DNA of 24,000 nucleotides from Malonomonas rubra DSM 5091 (GTDB lineage Bacteria; Desulfobacterota; Desulfuromonadia; Desulfuromonadales; Geopsychrobacteraceae): NCBI RefSeq assembly GCF_900142125.1, contig NZ_FQZT01000012.1, positions 27,965 to 51,964 of the forward strand, read 5' to 3'. Shown piece by piece: positions 16,831 to 24,000 of this stretch (position 1 is its first letter; each line of letters starts with the position of its first letter). The notes under the pieces were generated by a model. It saw only the letters and a program-made list of their open reading frames with translations, ran no database searches and was not told where the DNA came from. The position numbers and the translations under genes were made by a program.

Positions 16831-16872
16831 AAAAAAGCGCAGCTGAAATCAAACCAGCTGCGCTTTTCTTTT
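16831..16872. terminator. Bidirectional rho-independent terminator between convergent mqnD and serA
   Basis: The stem GCGCAGCTG (16837-16845) / CAGCTGCGC (16855-16863) has a 9-nt loop. An A-run lies upstream and TTTTCTTTT downstream. Confidence 0.75.
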
Positions 16873-16887
16873 ATCTTTGTTTTTCGC

Positions 16888-18480
16888 TTACTGCTTGATA
16901 TGCACCGGTCGGATAAAGTCGGCACCAATGGCAGCCTTAAGTTGCTCAATCGTCTCTTCTTCGACCGGCGAGTCGATGGAGAAAACGACAATCGCCTTAC
17001 CTGCTTTCTCGGTCCGACCAAGACTCATGCTACCGATATTGACCTCGGCATTGCCGAGGATGGTGCCGATTTTACCGAGGGCGCCCGGCACGTCAGCGTA
17101 GGTCATCACCAACATGTGCTCTTCCGGCTTGAAGTCGATATCGAAGTTGCGCATCTTGACGATCTTCGGAATTCCTTCGAACAGGGTTCCGGCGATGGTG
17201 CGTTTGCCCTGTGGACCTTCCAGCGTCAGGGTGATCAGGTTGGAGAAAGAATCGGTCTCCGTCGAACGAACCTCTTCCACGGCAACCCCCATTTCACGGG
17301 CAACCATCCCGGCGTTGACCATGTTGATCTCCTGATCGGTGACATGGTTGAGCAATGCCGCCAAGCCACAGACAGAAAGCGGAGCACAGTCGAAGCGGGC
17401 CAGCTTACCGTTGTAGGTAAAGGTGATTTTGTTCGGGTTGGGCGGTGCCAGTTGGGAGATGAAATCGCCGATGATCGAAACCAGCTTCATGTACGGCTTC
17501 ATCTGCTCCATCAGGTCTGGATCGAAACGCGGGACATTGACCGCATTCGAAATCGGCCGCCCGTCAACATAGTTGACGATCTCTTTGCTGACATCGACAG
17601 CGACGTTCTTCTGCGCCTCGTAGGTGTTGGCACCCAAGTGCGGGGTGACCAGCATTTTCGGATGAGCGATCAGTTTTTTCAGTGTATCGCTTTTGGGCGG
17701 CTCCTGGCTCCAAACATCAAACGCCGCGCCACCACACTTGCCACTCTCCAGCGCTGCCAGCATCGCTTCTTCGTTGATGATGCCGCCGCGGGCACAGTTG
17801 ACAATGAAAACGCCGTCCTGCATTCCTTCGAAGTGCTCGGCAGTAATCAGGTCACGGGTTTCATCGTTCAATGGGGTATGCACGGTGATAATATCGGAGA
17901 AGCGAATAACATCTTCCAGCGACACCAGCTTGACGCCGAAATCTTCCGCACGCTTTTCCGAAATGTACGGATCATAAGTGATCACGTTGGCCTCGAAGGC
18001 GCGGCAACGCAGAGCAACCCGGCCACCAACCTTACCGAGACCGATAACACCGATGGTCTTCTCTTTCAGTTCGTGGCCGGTAAAAGGAGCGCGCTGCCAC
18101 TGGCCACTTTTGAGGCTGGCATTGGCCAAGGTAACGTTACGGCAATAGGAGAGCAGGATCGCCATGGTGTGCTCGGCCGCCGAGTTGACGTTACCGTAAG
18201 GCGCGTTGACAACGATAATGCCGCGGCTGCTGGCAGCATCGACATCGACGTTATCGATACCGACACCGGCGCGGGCGATCATTTTAAGATTCGTCGCATG
18301 CTCGAGCAACGCTTCGTCGACCTGGGTCATGCTGCGGGTAATGATCGCCTGGTAGTCGCCGATCACCTGGTGCAGTTCTTCTTTCGGCAGACCGACTTTG
18401 AAATCAACAGTGATTCGCGGGTCGTCGAGAATCGGCAGCAAACCGTTCTTGGAAATTTCGTCCGTTACCAAAACTTTCAT
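16888..18480 (-). CDS. serA: D-3-phosphoglycerate dehydrogenase, long form with C-terminal ACT domain
   Basis: About 530 aa. The track gives 16888-18486 with a TTG start; the ATG at 18480 gives MKVLVTDEI. The NAD-binding motif is [13 protein letters not shown], the catalytic region is TPHLGANT, and the C-terminal regulatory domain begins [21 protein letters not shown]. Confidence 0.92.
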   Translation of the reverse strand: MKVLVTDEISKNGLLPILDDPRITVDFKVGLPKEELHQVIGDYQAIITRSMTQVDEALLEHATNLKMIARAGVGIDNVDVDAASSRGIIVVNAPYGNVNSAAEHTMAILLSYCRNVTLANASLKSGQWQRAPFTGHELKEKTIGVIGLGKVGGRVALRCRAFEANVITYDPYISEKRAEDFGVKLVSLEDVIRFSDIITVHTPLNDETRDLITAEHFEGMQDGVFIVNCARGGIINEEAMLAALESGKCGGAAFDVWSQEPPKSDTLKKLIAHPKMLVTPHLGANTYEAQKNVAVDVSKEIVNYVDGRPISNAVNVPRFDPDLMEQMKPYMKLVSIIGDFISQLAPPNPNKITFTYNGKLARFDCAPLSVCGLAALLNHVTDQEINMVNAGMVAREMGVAVEEVRSTETDSFSNLITLTLEGPQGKRTIAGTLFEGIPKIVKMRNFDIDFKPEEHMLVMTYADVPGALGKIGTILGNAEVNIGSMSLGRTEKAGKAIVVFSIDSPVEEETIEQLKAAIGADFIRPVHIKQ

Positions 18481-18605
18481 TATCAACCAACCTTTCTATT
18501 GCCGTCGTTCTGGCCGTTGGATTGTCATAAAAAAGAGGCGATTTTAGGCCCATCTTCGGCCGATGTCAATCGAGTATACAGCCCGGCCAACCTGCATTCT
18601 CCGTA

Positions 18606-19643
18606 TCAGGGCAAAAGAATGACTTCGTCTAAATAAAAGCTGAAAGGTTCCGCCAGCTTGCCGACAAAAATATTCATGCCGGCCACTTTGGCCAGGTCAA
18701 GCTGACGATCTTTCGGCGCCGCTGCAACCTCCTGCAGATCAATTTCCAAGCTGTTCCAGCCCTGCGGAACAGTAAATTCGGTGTTGAAACGGTCACTGTA
18801 GCGGTTGTCCGATGCCTTGTGCTGCTGGTCGTGAATACGGAAATAGAACTGAAACGGCTCGTTCGCGGGGTTATAGAGATGAAAGCGGAGCCTGCTGTAG
18901 CCGCTCCAGTCGGCAGGAAAATGCTTCAGCGCCAAGCCGGCATAGCGCTGCGTGCCCAGATCAACCCGCAAAGAACGGGCGCCACTGTAAGCCTGACTTA
19001 CGTCTATCTGCCGGCGGCAGGCACCGCCCCAGCGACTGACTTCCAACCGGGTCTCGAAGCCAGAGAGAAGGGGAAACTGCTGTTGTGCCAGCACGTCATC
19101 AGCAACAACTTTAGCAAATGGGATCAACTGCCAGCCGATCAGCAGCACTACCGCAGTTTGCAGCAGCAGCCTCGACAGAGGCTGCCAGTCGAACCGTTGC
19201 CGGGAAAACACCAGTGCGGTCCCCGCGCCAAGCAGATCGTTGCCCAGATCAACCCAGCTCGCTTCACGACCGAAGCCGGCCTGCAGTAATTCGGTCAGCC
19301 CTCCCAGCAACAATGACAGCAGCAGAACTTCGCCAGCCAGTCGCCGGAAACTTCCGGCTCCGCGCCAAAGCAGGTAGAGGTAGCCCCAAAGCGCAAAGGA
19401 AAGCAGATGGCCTAGTCCCCAGGCGAACGTAAACGTGCGTAATGAATAGGGCCCCGGTCCGCCGACAAACAGCAACAGCAGGCAGAGCAGAGACAACGCA
19501 GACAAAAGCGTTTTCTTGACTGTAAAAAAATGCATTTTCATCATGACTCTGTCAAGAATCCCGACATTCACGACAAACAACCGAGCAGGCATGGAATTTC
19601 CACCCGGCATCAGTTTCTCTGACGACCGATCAACAACCTTCAT
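18606..19643 (-). CDS. VanZ-like multi-pass membrane domain fused to a C-terminal beta-rich, carbohydrate-binding-module-like domain
   Basis: The VanZ-type signature is TELLQAGFGREASWVDLGNDLLGAGTA, with several hydrophobic helices. The start is uncertain; an internal MMKMHFF at about 19541 is possible, and neither start has a convincing SD. Confidence 0.6.
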   Translation of the reverse strand: MKVVDRSSEKLMPGGNSMPARLFVVNVGILDRVMMKMHFFTVKKTLLSALSLLCLLLLFVGGPGPYSLRTFTFAWGLGHLLSFALWGYLYLLWRGAGSFRRLAGEVLLLSLLLGGLTELLQAGFGREASWVDLGNDLLGAGTALVFSRQRFDWQPLSRLLLQTAVVLLIGWQLIPFAKVVADDVLAQQQFPLLSGFETRLEVSRWGGACRRQIDVSQAYSGARSLRVDLGTQRYAGLALKHFPADWSGYSRLRFHLYNPANEPFQFYFRIHDQQHKASDNRYSDRFNTEFTVPQGWNSLEIDLQEVAAAPKDRQLDLAKVAGMNIFVGKLAEPFSFYLDEVILLP

Positions 19644-19869
19644 TTTCAGGGAAAAATGCTTTTTTTCTCTGAAGTTCGCGACTATAGCAGGACAGAAACT
19701 GGAGCTCCAGAATTCTTTACAACCCTGAAATGGTACATTTTATGCTAATAAAATTTGAAACCTGTAAATATTGTAATTACTCTTGCATAAAATAGTCACA
19801 TTATATTATCCTAACAGGATAAAAAAAGGGGGGGACAGCTATTTTATTCCGATCTAAAGGAGTAAAAAA

Positions 19870-20247
19870 ATGGAAAGTCGTATCATGTACCAACCTGCAA
19901 GAGAACATCAGCGCTTCAAAGCAGTGCACCGAGCCCTTGTCCTGGTCGACAAAGGGCCGGACTCATTGCCCTACCACATCATGGACATCAGCGAAAGCGG
20001 TCTCTCATTCCGCTACCTTGGACAAAAGCTGAAACGCTCCGAAGTCAAAGAAATCAGCCTTTATCATGATTTTGAACTGATCGTTGATAAAATTCCGGTA
20101 CAGACGGTGTCTGACCAGCGCCTGCAGGACAACCTTGTCCCGATTCGGCGTAGCAGCGTTCAATTCAAAGACTTAAGCAATGAACAACGCTCACAACTGG
20201 AACAATTTATCCGGAACTACACCGAGGCACCTCTTCCGGTTAACTGA
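19870..20247 (+). CDS. PilZ-domain c-di-GMP receptor protein
   Basis: 125 aa with AAGGAG SD. The canonical PilZ motifs are RxxxR (REHQR) and DxSxxG (DISESG). Confidence 0.85.
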   Translation: MESRIMYQPAREHQRFKAVHRALVLVDKGPDSLPYHIMDISESGLSFRYLGQKLKRSEVKEISLYHDFELIVDKIPVQTVSDQRLQDNLVPIRRSSVQFKDLSNEQRSQLEQFIRNYTEAPLPVN

Positions 20248-20274
20248 AGTCCAACCAAGATCGAATCTATCCCC

Positions 20275-20315
20275 ACGGCCGCCGGCAATCTATTTTACTG
20301 AGCGGCCGTTTTTTA
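20275..20315 (+). terminator. Probable rho-independent terminator after the PilZ gene
   Basis: The stem ACGGCCGC (20275-20282) / GCGGCCGT (20302-20309) is followed by a T-run. The 19-nt loop is long, which lowers confidence. Confidence 0.5.
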
Positions 20316-20445
20316 TATAAATTAAATGAAAAATCACCAGCTTATATTTGACAGCCTGCTAGCGCTGGTGTAGAGATGGGTATTGAATCTAAAAGCGCTG
20401 TAATGTGACCCACTTGCCTATCAAAGAGTTTTGCCGAGAGAAAGA

Positions 20446-22725
20446 ATGAAGCACCCGCTGATCATCAAATTCCTGACTGGTCGCGAAGAACAGGTCAACC
20501 TTCTCCGCCCCTTCCATCCACGTGACAGCCTGCTCCACGTTGAGCTGATCCGCAGTCCCGGTGAAATTGAAATTGCCCTGGCAGACCTCTGCTACATCAT
20601 GGTTCTCGACAACAGCGGTTGGCAGCTGCCGGCAAAAGAAGGGGAGCTGGTCGAACACATCGAAACCACAACCGGAGACAGCTTTAATTTACGAGTCCCC
20701 GCACAGAACCACAAAAGCGGCTTTTACGCCTTTCCGGTCGATCAGAATGCTTCCTATCGCAACATTTTTTTCACTTTCAGCGGGATCCGTCAACGCCGTG
20801 AAGAGCGCCCTCTAAGCGATATTCTCGAAGAGCGGGGCTGGCTGCAGGAAAACGTGATTCACGAAGTTCTGGATGAACAGGAAAAGCTGCGGCATCAAAA
20901 AGTTGGGGAAATTCTCGCGGAAAAAGCCAATCTTCCAGCCGACAAGATTGAAGAGCTTGCGGTTCAGGTCTCGGATGCCCGCGAAACTCACAATATCAGG
21001 ATCGGCGACTTGCTGATTCAAGCCGGGCTGATCTCACGTAATGAGGTCGAAGAAGCGATTGAAAAGCAGTCGAGCGGCAAACGCAAACGGGTCGGCGAAC
21101 TGCTGATCGAAAAAGGGCTGATTTCGGAAGAGCAGTTGCTGGTCGCCCTGTCAGCAAAATTCCGCATGCCGGTTGTCGACCTGGGAACCATCACTCCCTC
21201 ATCCAATGCTCTCGACAAGCTGAGTAAAAATATCGTCACCCAGCTGAAGGTCTTTCCGATCAGCCTGGAAAACCGTTGCCTCACGGTCGCCACCTCCGAT
21301 CCAACCGACGCATCCATCGGTGACAACCTGCGATTCTTCACCAACCTGAGTATCGAGTTTGTCGTTGCCCCAGCAACAGAGATCCGAGAAGCCACAGAAA
21401 AATATTATGGCGAAACCGGTGAAGAAAATGACGGCCAGATCGCAGACCTGCTGGGCGAGCTATCAAACGAGCAAGTCGATGTCGAAGAGGACGGAGACGA
21501 TGGGATCGATTCCTCGGTCAGCGAAACCGATTCGCAGATCATCACCCTGGTCAACCACATCCTGCTCGACGGCTTCCGCAAAGGCGCCTCCGACATCCAT
21601 TTCGAGCCGGGGCTGGGTAACCTGCCACTGCAGGTCCGGTACCGTATCGACGGGATTTGCAATGTGGCCCACCAGATCGCCAGCAGCCACAAGCGGGCGA
21701 TGATTTCCCGTATCAAAATTATCGCGAAACTCGATATCGCTGAACGCCGCAAACCACAGAGTGGCAAAATCGTCATCCGTTCCGATCGTCGCAAAATCGA
21801 GTATCGCGTCGAAACCACCCCGACAGCAGGCGGCCAGGAAGATGCCGTACTGCGGATTCTCTCTTCATCGCAGCCGCTCAACATTCGCCAACTCGGCTTC
21901 AGCGACAACAACTACAGGAATTTTGCCGAAATCCTCAGCAAGCCTTACGGCATCATTCTTTGCGTGGGGCCAACCGGCTCAGGCAAAACCACGACCCTGC
22001 ACTCCGCGTTGAGCGAGCTGAATACCGCGGAGCGTAAAATCTGGACGGCCGAGGACCCGATCGAAATCACCCAGCCGGGACTGCGGCAGGTTCAGGTCAA
22101 CGCCAAAATCGGCTTTACCTTCGACCAGGCACTGCGCTCCTTTTTACGTGCTGACCCCGACATCATTATGATCGGCGAGATGCGCGACCCGGAAACTGCA
22201 AAAACTGCGATCGAGGCCTCCCTCACCGGCCACCTGGTGTTCAGCACCCTGCACACCAACACGGCACCTGAAACTGTTGTTCGCCTGATCGAGATGGGCA
22301 TGGACCCGTACAACTTTGCCAACGCCCTGCTCGGTGTACTGGCGCAGCGACTGGCTCGTCACCTGTGCAAACAGTGCCGAGAGGCTTACCAACCGAGTTC
22401 GGACGAACTGGAGAAGTTACAACACTACTATGGCAAAGAATATTACCTGCAGCATGGTCTGCCGACCGACCCGCAAGAGCTGACCCTCTATCGCGCCAAA
22501 GGTTGCGACGATTGCAACAAGACCGGTTATCGCGGCCGCGTCGCCATCCATGAGCTGCTGACCACATCGGACAGTCTGCGGCGGGCGATCAAAGAAAATG
22601 TCCTGCTCGAAGACCTCCGTACCCAGGCGATCGATGATGGCATGCACACCCTGATGATGGACGGCATAAAGAAAGTGCTCGGTGGCCACACCGACCTTGA
22701 GCAAATTCTACGCGTCTGTATGTAG
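20446..22725 (+). CDS. GspE/PilB/MshE-family secretion ATPase with tandem MshEN-type N-domains and an extra unassigned N-terminal domain
   Basis: The track starts at TTG 20431; ATG 20446 gives MKHPLIIKF. Motifs visible are Walker A GPTGSGKTTT, Walker B/Asp box DPDIIMIGEMRD, His box TGHLVFSTLHTN, and the tetracysteine CKQC...CDDCNKTGYRGR. The repeats are RIGDLLIQAGLISRNEVEEAIEKQ and RVGELLIEKGLISEEQLLVALSAK. Confidence 0.9.
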   Translation: MKHPLIIKFLTGREEQVNLLRPFHPRDSLLHVELIRSPGEIEIALADLCYIMVLDNSGWQLPAKEGELVEHIETTTGDSFNLRVPAQNHKSGFYAFPVDQNASYRNIFFTFSGIRQRREERPLSDILEERGWLQENVIHEVLDEQEKLRHQKVGEILAEKANLPADKIEELAVQVSDARETHNIRIGDLLIQAGLISRNEVEEAIEKQSSGKRKRVGELLIEKGLISEEQLLVALSAKFRMPVVDLGTITPSSNALDKLSKNIVTQLKVFPISLENRCLTVATSDPTDASIGDNLRFFTNLSIEFVVAPATEIREATEKYYGETGEENDGQIADLLGELSNEQVDVEEDGDDGIDSSVSETDSQIITLVNHILLDGFRKGASDIHFEPGLGNLPLQVRYRIDGICNVAHQIASSHKRAMISRIKIIAKLDIAERRKPQSGKIVIRSDRRKIEYRVETTPTAGGQEDAVLRILSSSQPLNIRQLGFSDNNYRNFAEILSKPYGIILCVGPTGSGKTTTLHSALSELNTAERKIWTAEDPIEITQPGLRQVQVNAKIGFTFDQALRSFLRADPDIIMIGEMRDPETAKTAIEASLTGHLVFSTLHTNTAPETVVRLIEMGMDPYNFANALLGVLAQRLARHLCKQCREAYQPSSDELEKLQHYYGKEYYLQHGLPTDPQELTLYRAKGCDDCNKTGYRGRVAIHELLTTSDSLRRAIKENVLLEDLRTQAIDDGMHTLMMDGIKKVLGGHTDLEQILRVCM

Positions 22726-22754
22726 AGCGACGGAAAGACAAACGAGAAGCAGCG

Positions 22755-24000
22755 ATGCCCGAAGACAAACTACAGCCACCAATCAGAAAACGCCTGAAAC
22801 TGCAGATACTGCTGCCGATGGCGTTGGGCCTGTTTATCTTCCTCGGGCTGTATATCATATCCACCTCTTGGTATCTTGACCGAGAAATAGAGCGCGGGCT
22901 TGAGCAGGAAGTCAGCAAAATCGAGTTCGACCTGAAGACGCTGCTGCATCAGCAAACAGACGTCATGCTGGCACAGCTGGAGCAGATTGCCGAATCAAAA
23001 GAGCTGCAGCAGCTGATGCAGCAACAAGACCGTGCTGGACTGTTCAACGCAACTGAGCGTGAATTTCAGCGACTGCTCGAACGGTTGCGGATTTCTCACT
23101 ACTATTTTCACACTCCTGAGCAGAAAGTCTTTCTGCGCGTCCACAATCCGCAACGCCACGGTGACCTGATCACCCGTTACACCCTGCAGCGTGCTGCGGC
23201 CACAGGCAAACCGTTTTCCGGTATCGAGCTCGGACCGCTTGGCACATTTACGCTGCGTACCGTCCTCCCCTGGTACCAGGGAGAAAAACTGCTCGGGTAC
23301 CTGGAATTGGGCGAAGAGGTTGAGCTGCTGCTGAACAACTACTTCCAGCACGAAGGCTCCCTGACCACCATCACCATCAACAAGCGCCACCTCGACCGCA
23401 AACTGTGGGAAGAAGGTGTCACCATGCTCGGCAAAGACCCGGTCACTTGGGACTTGCTGCCAGGAAAAGTTGTCACCCAGACCTCAAAACCGGAGCTGCT
23501 GCCGGATGTCATCCTTGCCCTTCTCTACAATCAGGATATCGACGGCAATATCAAACTGAAAACTGCAACCAGTACCTATCTCGGTAAAGCCAGGCCACTG
23601 CTCGATGCATCCGGTCAGCGAGTCGGCGATTTTTTTATTCTGCAGGATGTCACCGTCACCATCACTGAATTCTGGAAAACTGTTCTCGGATTCAGTGCAG
23701 TCTGTGTTGCCGCCGCCGGTGTCCTTCTGATGTTCTCCACCGGGGTGTTGAACAAGGTGGAAAAACAGCAGCAGACTTCCGACCAGCAGCTGGTCGACGG
23801 CATGATCAAGGTGAACAGGACCAACCAGCTGCTGGAAAAAGAAGTGGAGGAGCGCAAAGCGGCCGAAGCCGCACTGAACAAAATCCATAGTGAGCTTGAA
23901 GAACGAGTCAACGAACGCACCGAGCAGCTCTGGCTCTCACTCGAACAGACCCAGCAGATTCGCAAGCAGCTCACCGATATCGTCACATCAGTCCCAGATG
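22755..24000 (+). CDS. Membrane sensor protein, N-terminal part: TM helix, sCache_3-like extracytoplasmic domain, second TM helix, coiled coil; output domain outside the window
   Basis: Not in the track because it runs off the window. I translated it by hand from ATG 22755 with no stop to 24000. TM1 is LQILLPMALGLFIFLGLYIIS. The Cache-type core is HYYFHTPEQKVFLRVHNPQRHGD...GIELGPLGTFTLRTVLPWYQGEKLLGYLELGEE. TM2 is VLGFSAVCVAAAGVLLMF, followed by a coiled coil. Confidence 0.75.
   Translation, partial: MPEDKLQPPIRKRLKLQILLPMALGLFIFLGLYIISTSWYLDREIERGLEQEVSKIEFDLKTLLHQQTDVMLAQLEQIAESKELQQLMQQQDRAGLFNATEREFQRLLERLRISHYYFHTPEQKVFLRVHNPQRHGDLITRYTLQRAAATGKPFSGIELGPLGTFTLRTVLPWYQGEKLLGYLELGEEVELLLNNYFQHEGSLTTITINKRHLDRKLWEEGVTMLGKDPVTWDLLPGKVVTQTSKPELLPDVILALLYNQDIDGNIKLKTATSTYLGKARPLLDASGQRVGDFFILQDVTVTITEFWKTVLGFSAVCVAAAGVLLMFSTGVLNKVEKQQQTSDQQLVDGMIKVNRTNQLLEKEVEERKAAEAALNKIHSELEERVNERTEQLWLSLEQTQQIRKQLTDIVTSVPD

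Noticed and set aside
16900-18636. 578-aa plus-strand ORF. Similar long ORFs occur at 15986-16852 (-), 4375-5127 (+), 3793-4353 (+) and 2552-3070 (+).
   Set aside because: All lie antisense to genes with unmistakable protein motifs (serA, mqnD, hsdM, hsdS). Their translations are Arg/Gly/Val-rich low-complexity strings typical of shadow ORFs in GC-rich coding DNA.
1-24000. CRISPR arrays, rRNA genes, IS elements/transposases, prophage structural genes
   Set aside because: I noticed no regularly spaced direct repeats, no rRNA-like sequence, no DDE/transposase-like ORF and no terminal inverted repeats.

Overview
By-eye reading only; no BLAST, HMM or RNA folding was run. The window looks like a Desulfuromonadales-type deltaproteobacterial chromosome, inferred from a near-canonical MglA/MglB pair and futalosine-pathway genes. 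It splits at a tRNA-Asn(GTT) gene (12709-12784, minus strand).

LEFT of the tRNA (1-12750) looks accessory or island-like and has three parts:
- (a) A co-directional minus-strand cluster. hsdR-hsdM-hsdS is an intact type I R-M system. Its hsdS stop overlaps the start of an unrecognisable membrane-anchored 326-aa protein. An SIR2-family gene follows and runs off the window start; it is not in the ORF track.
- (b) A 1.35-kb ORF-free spacer. It holds a helically phased array of TGGANTCCA palindromes and about nine strong hairpins.
- (c) A plus-strand recombinase operon. It encodes a tyrosine recombinase, several small ORFs (one unlisted 46-aa ORF), a resolvase-domain-only paralog that has lost the catalytic arginines, and a large serine recombinase. 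The last 42 nt of the large serine recombinase are antisense to the 3' half of the tRNA.

RIGHT of the tRNA is ordinary core: mglBA, a hypothetical gene, mqnB-mqnD, serA, a VanZ-like membrane protein, a PilZ protein, an MshE/GspE-family ATPase with tandem MshEN-type c-di-GMP motifs, and a partial sCache-type sensor.

Best candidates for something new:
- the hsdS-coupled unknown protein plus SIR2 tail of the R-M operon;
- the hairpin-dense non-coding region in front of the recombinase operon;
- the degenerate-resolvase/large-serine-recombinase pair abutting the tRNA.

I saw no CRISPR array, rRNA or IS/transposase.
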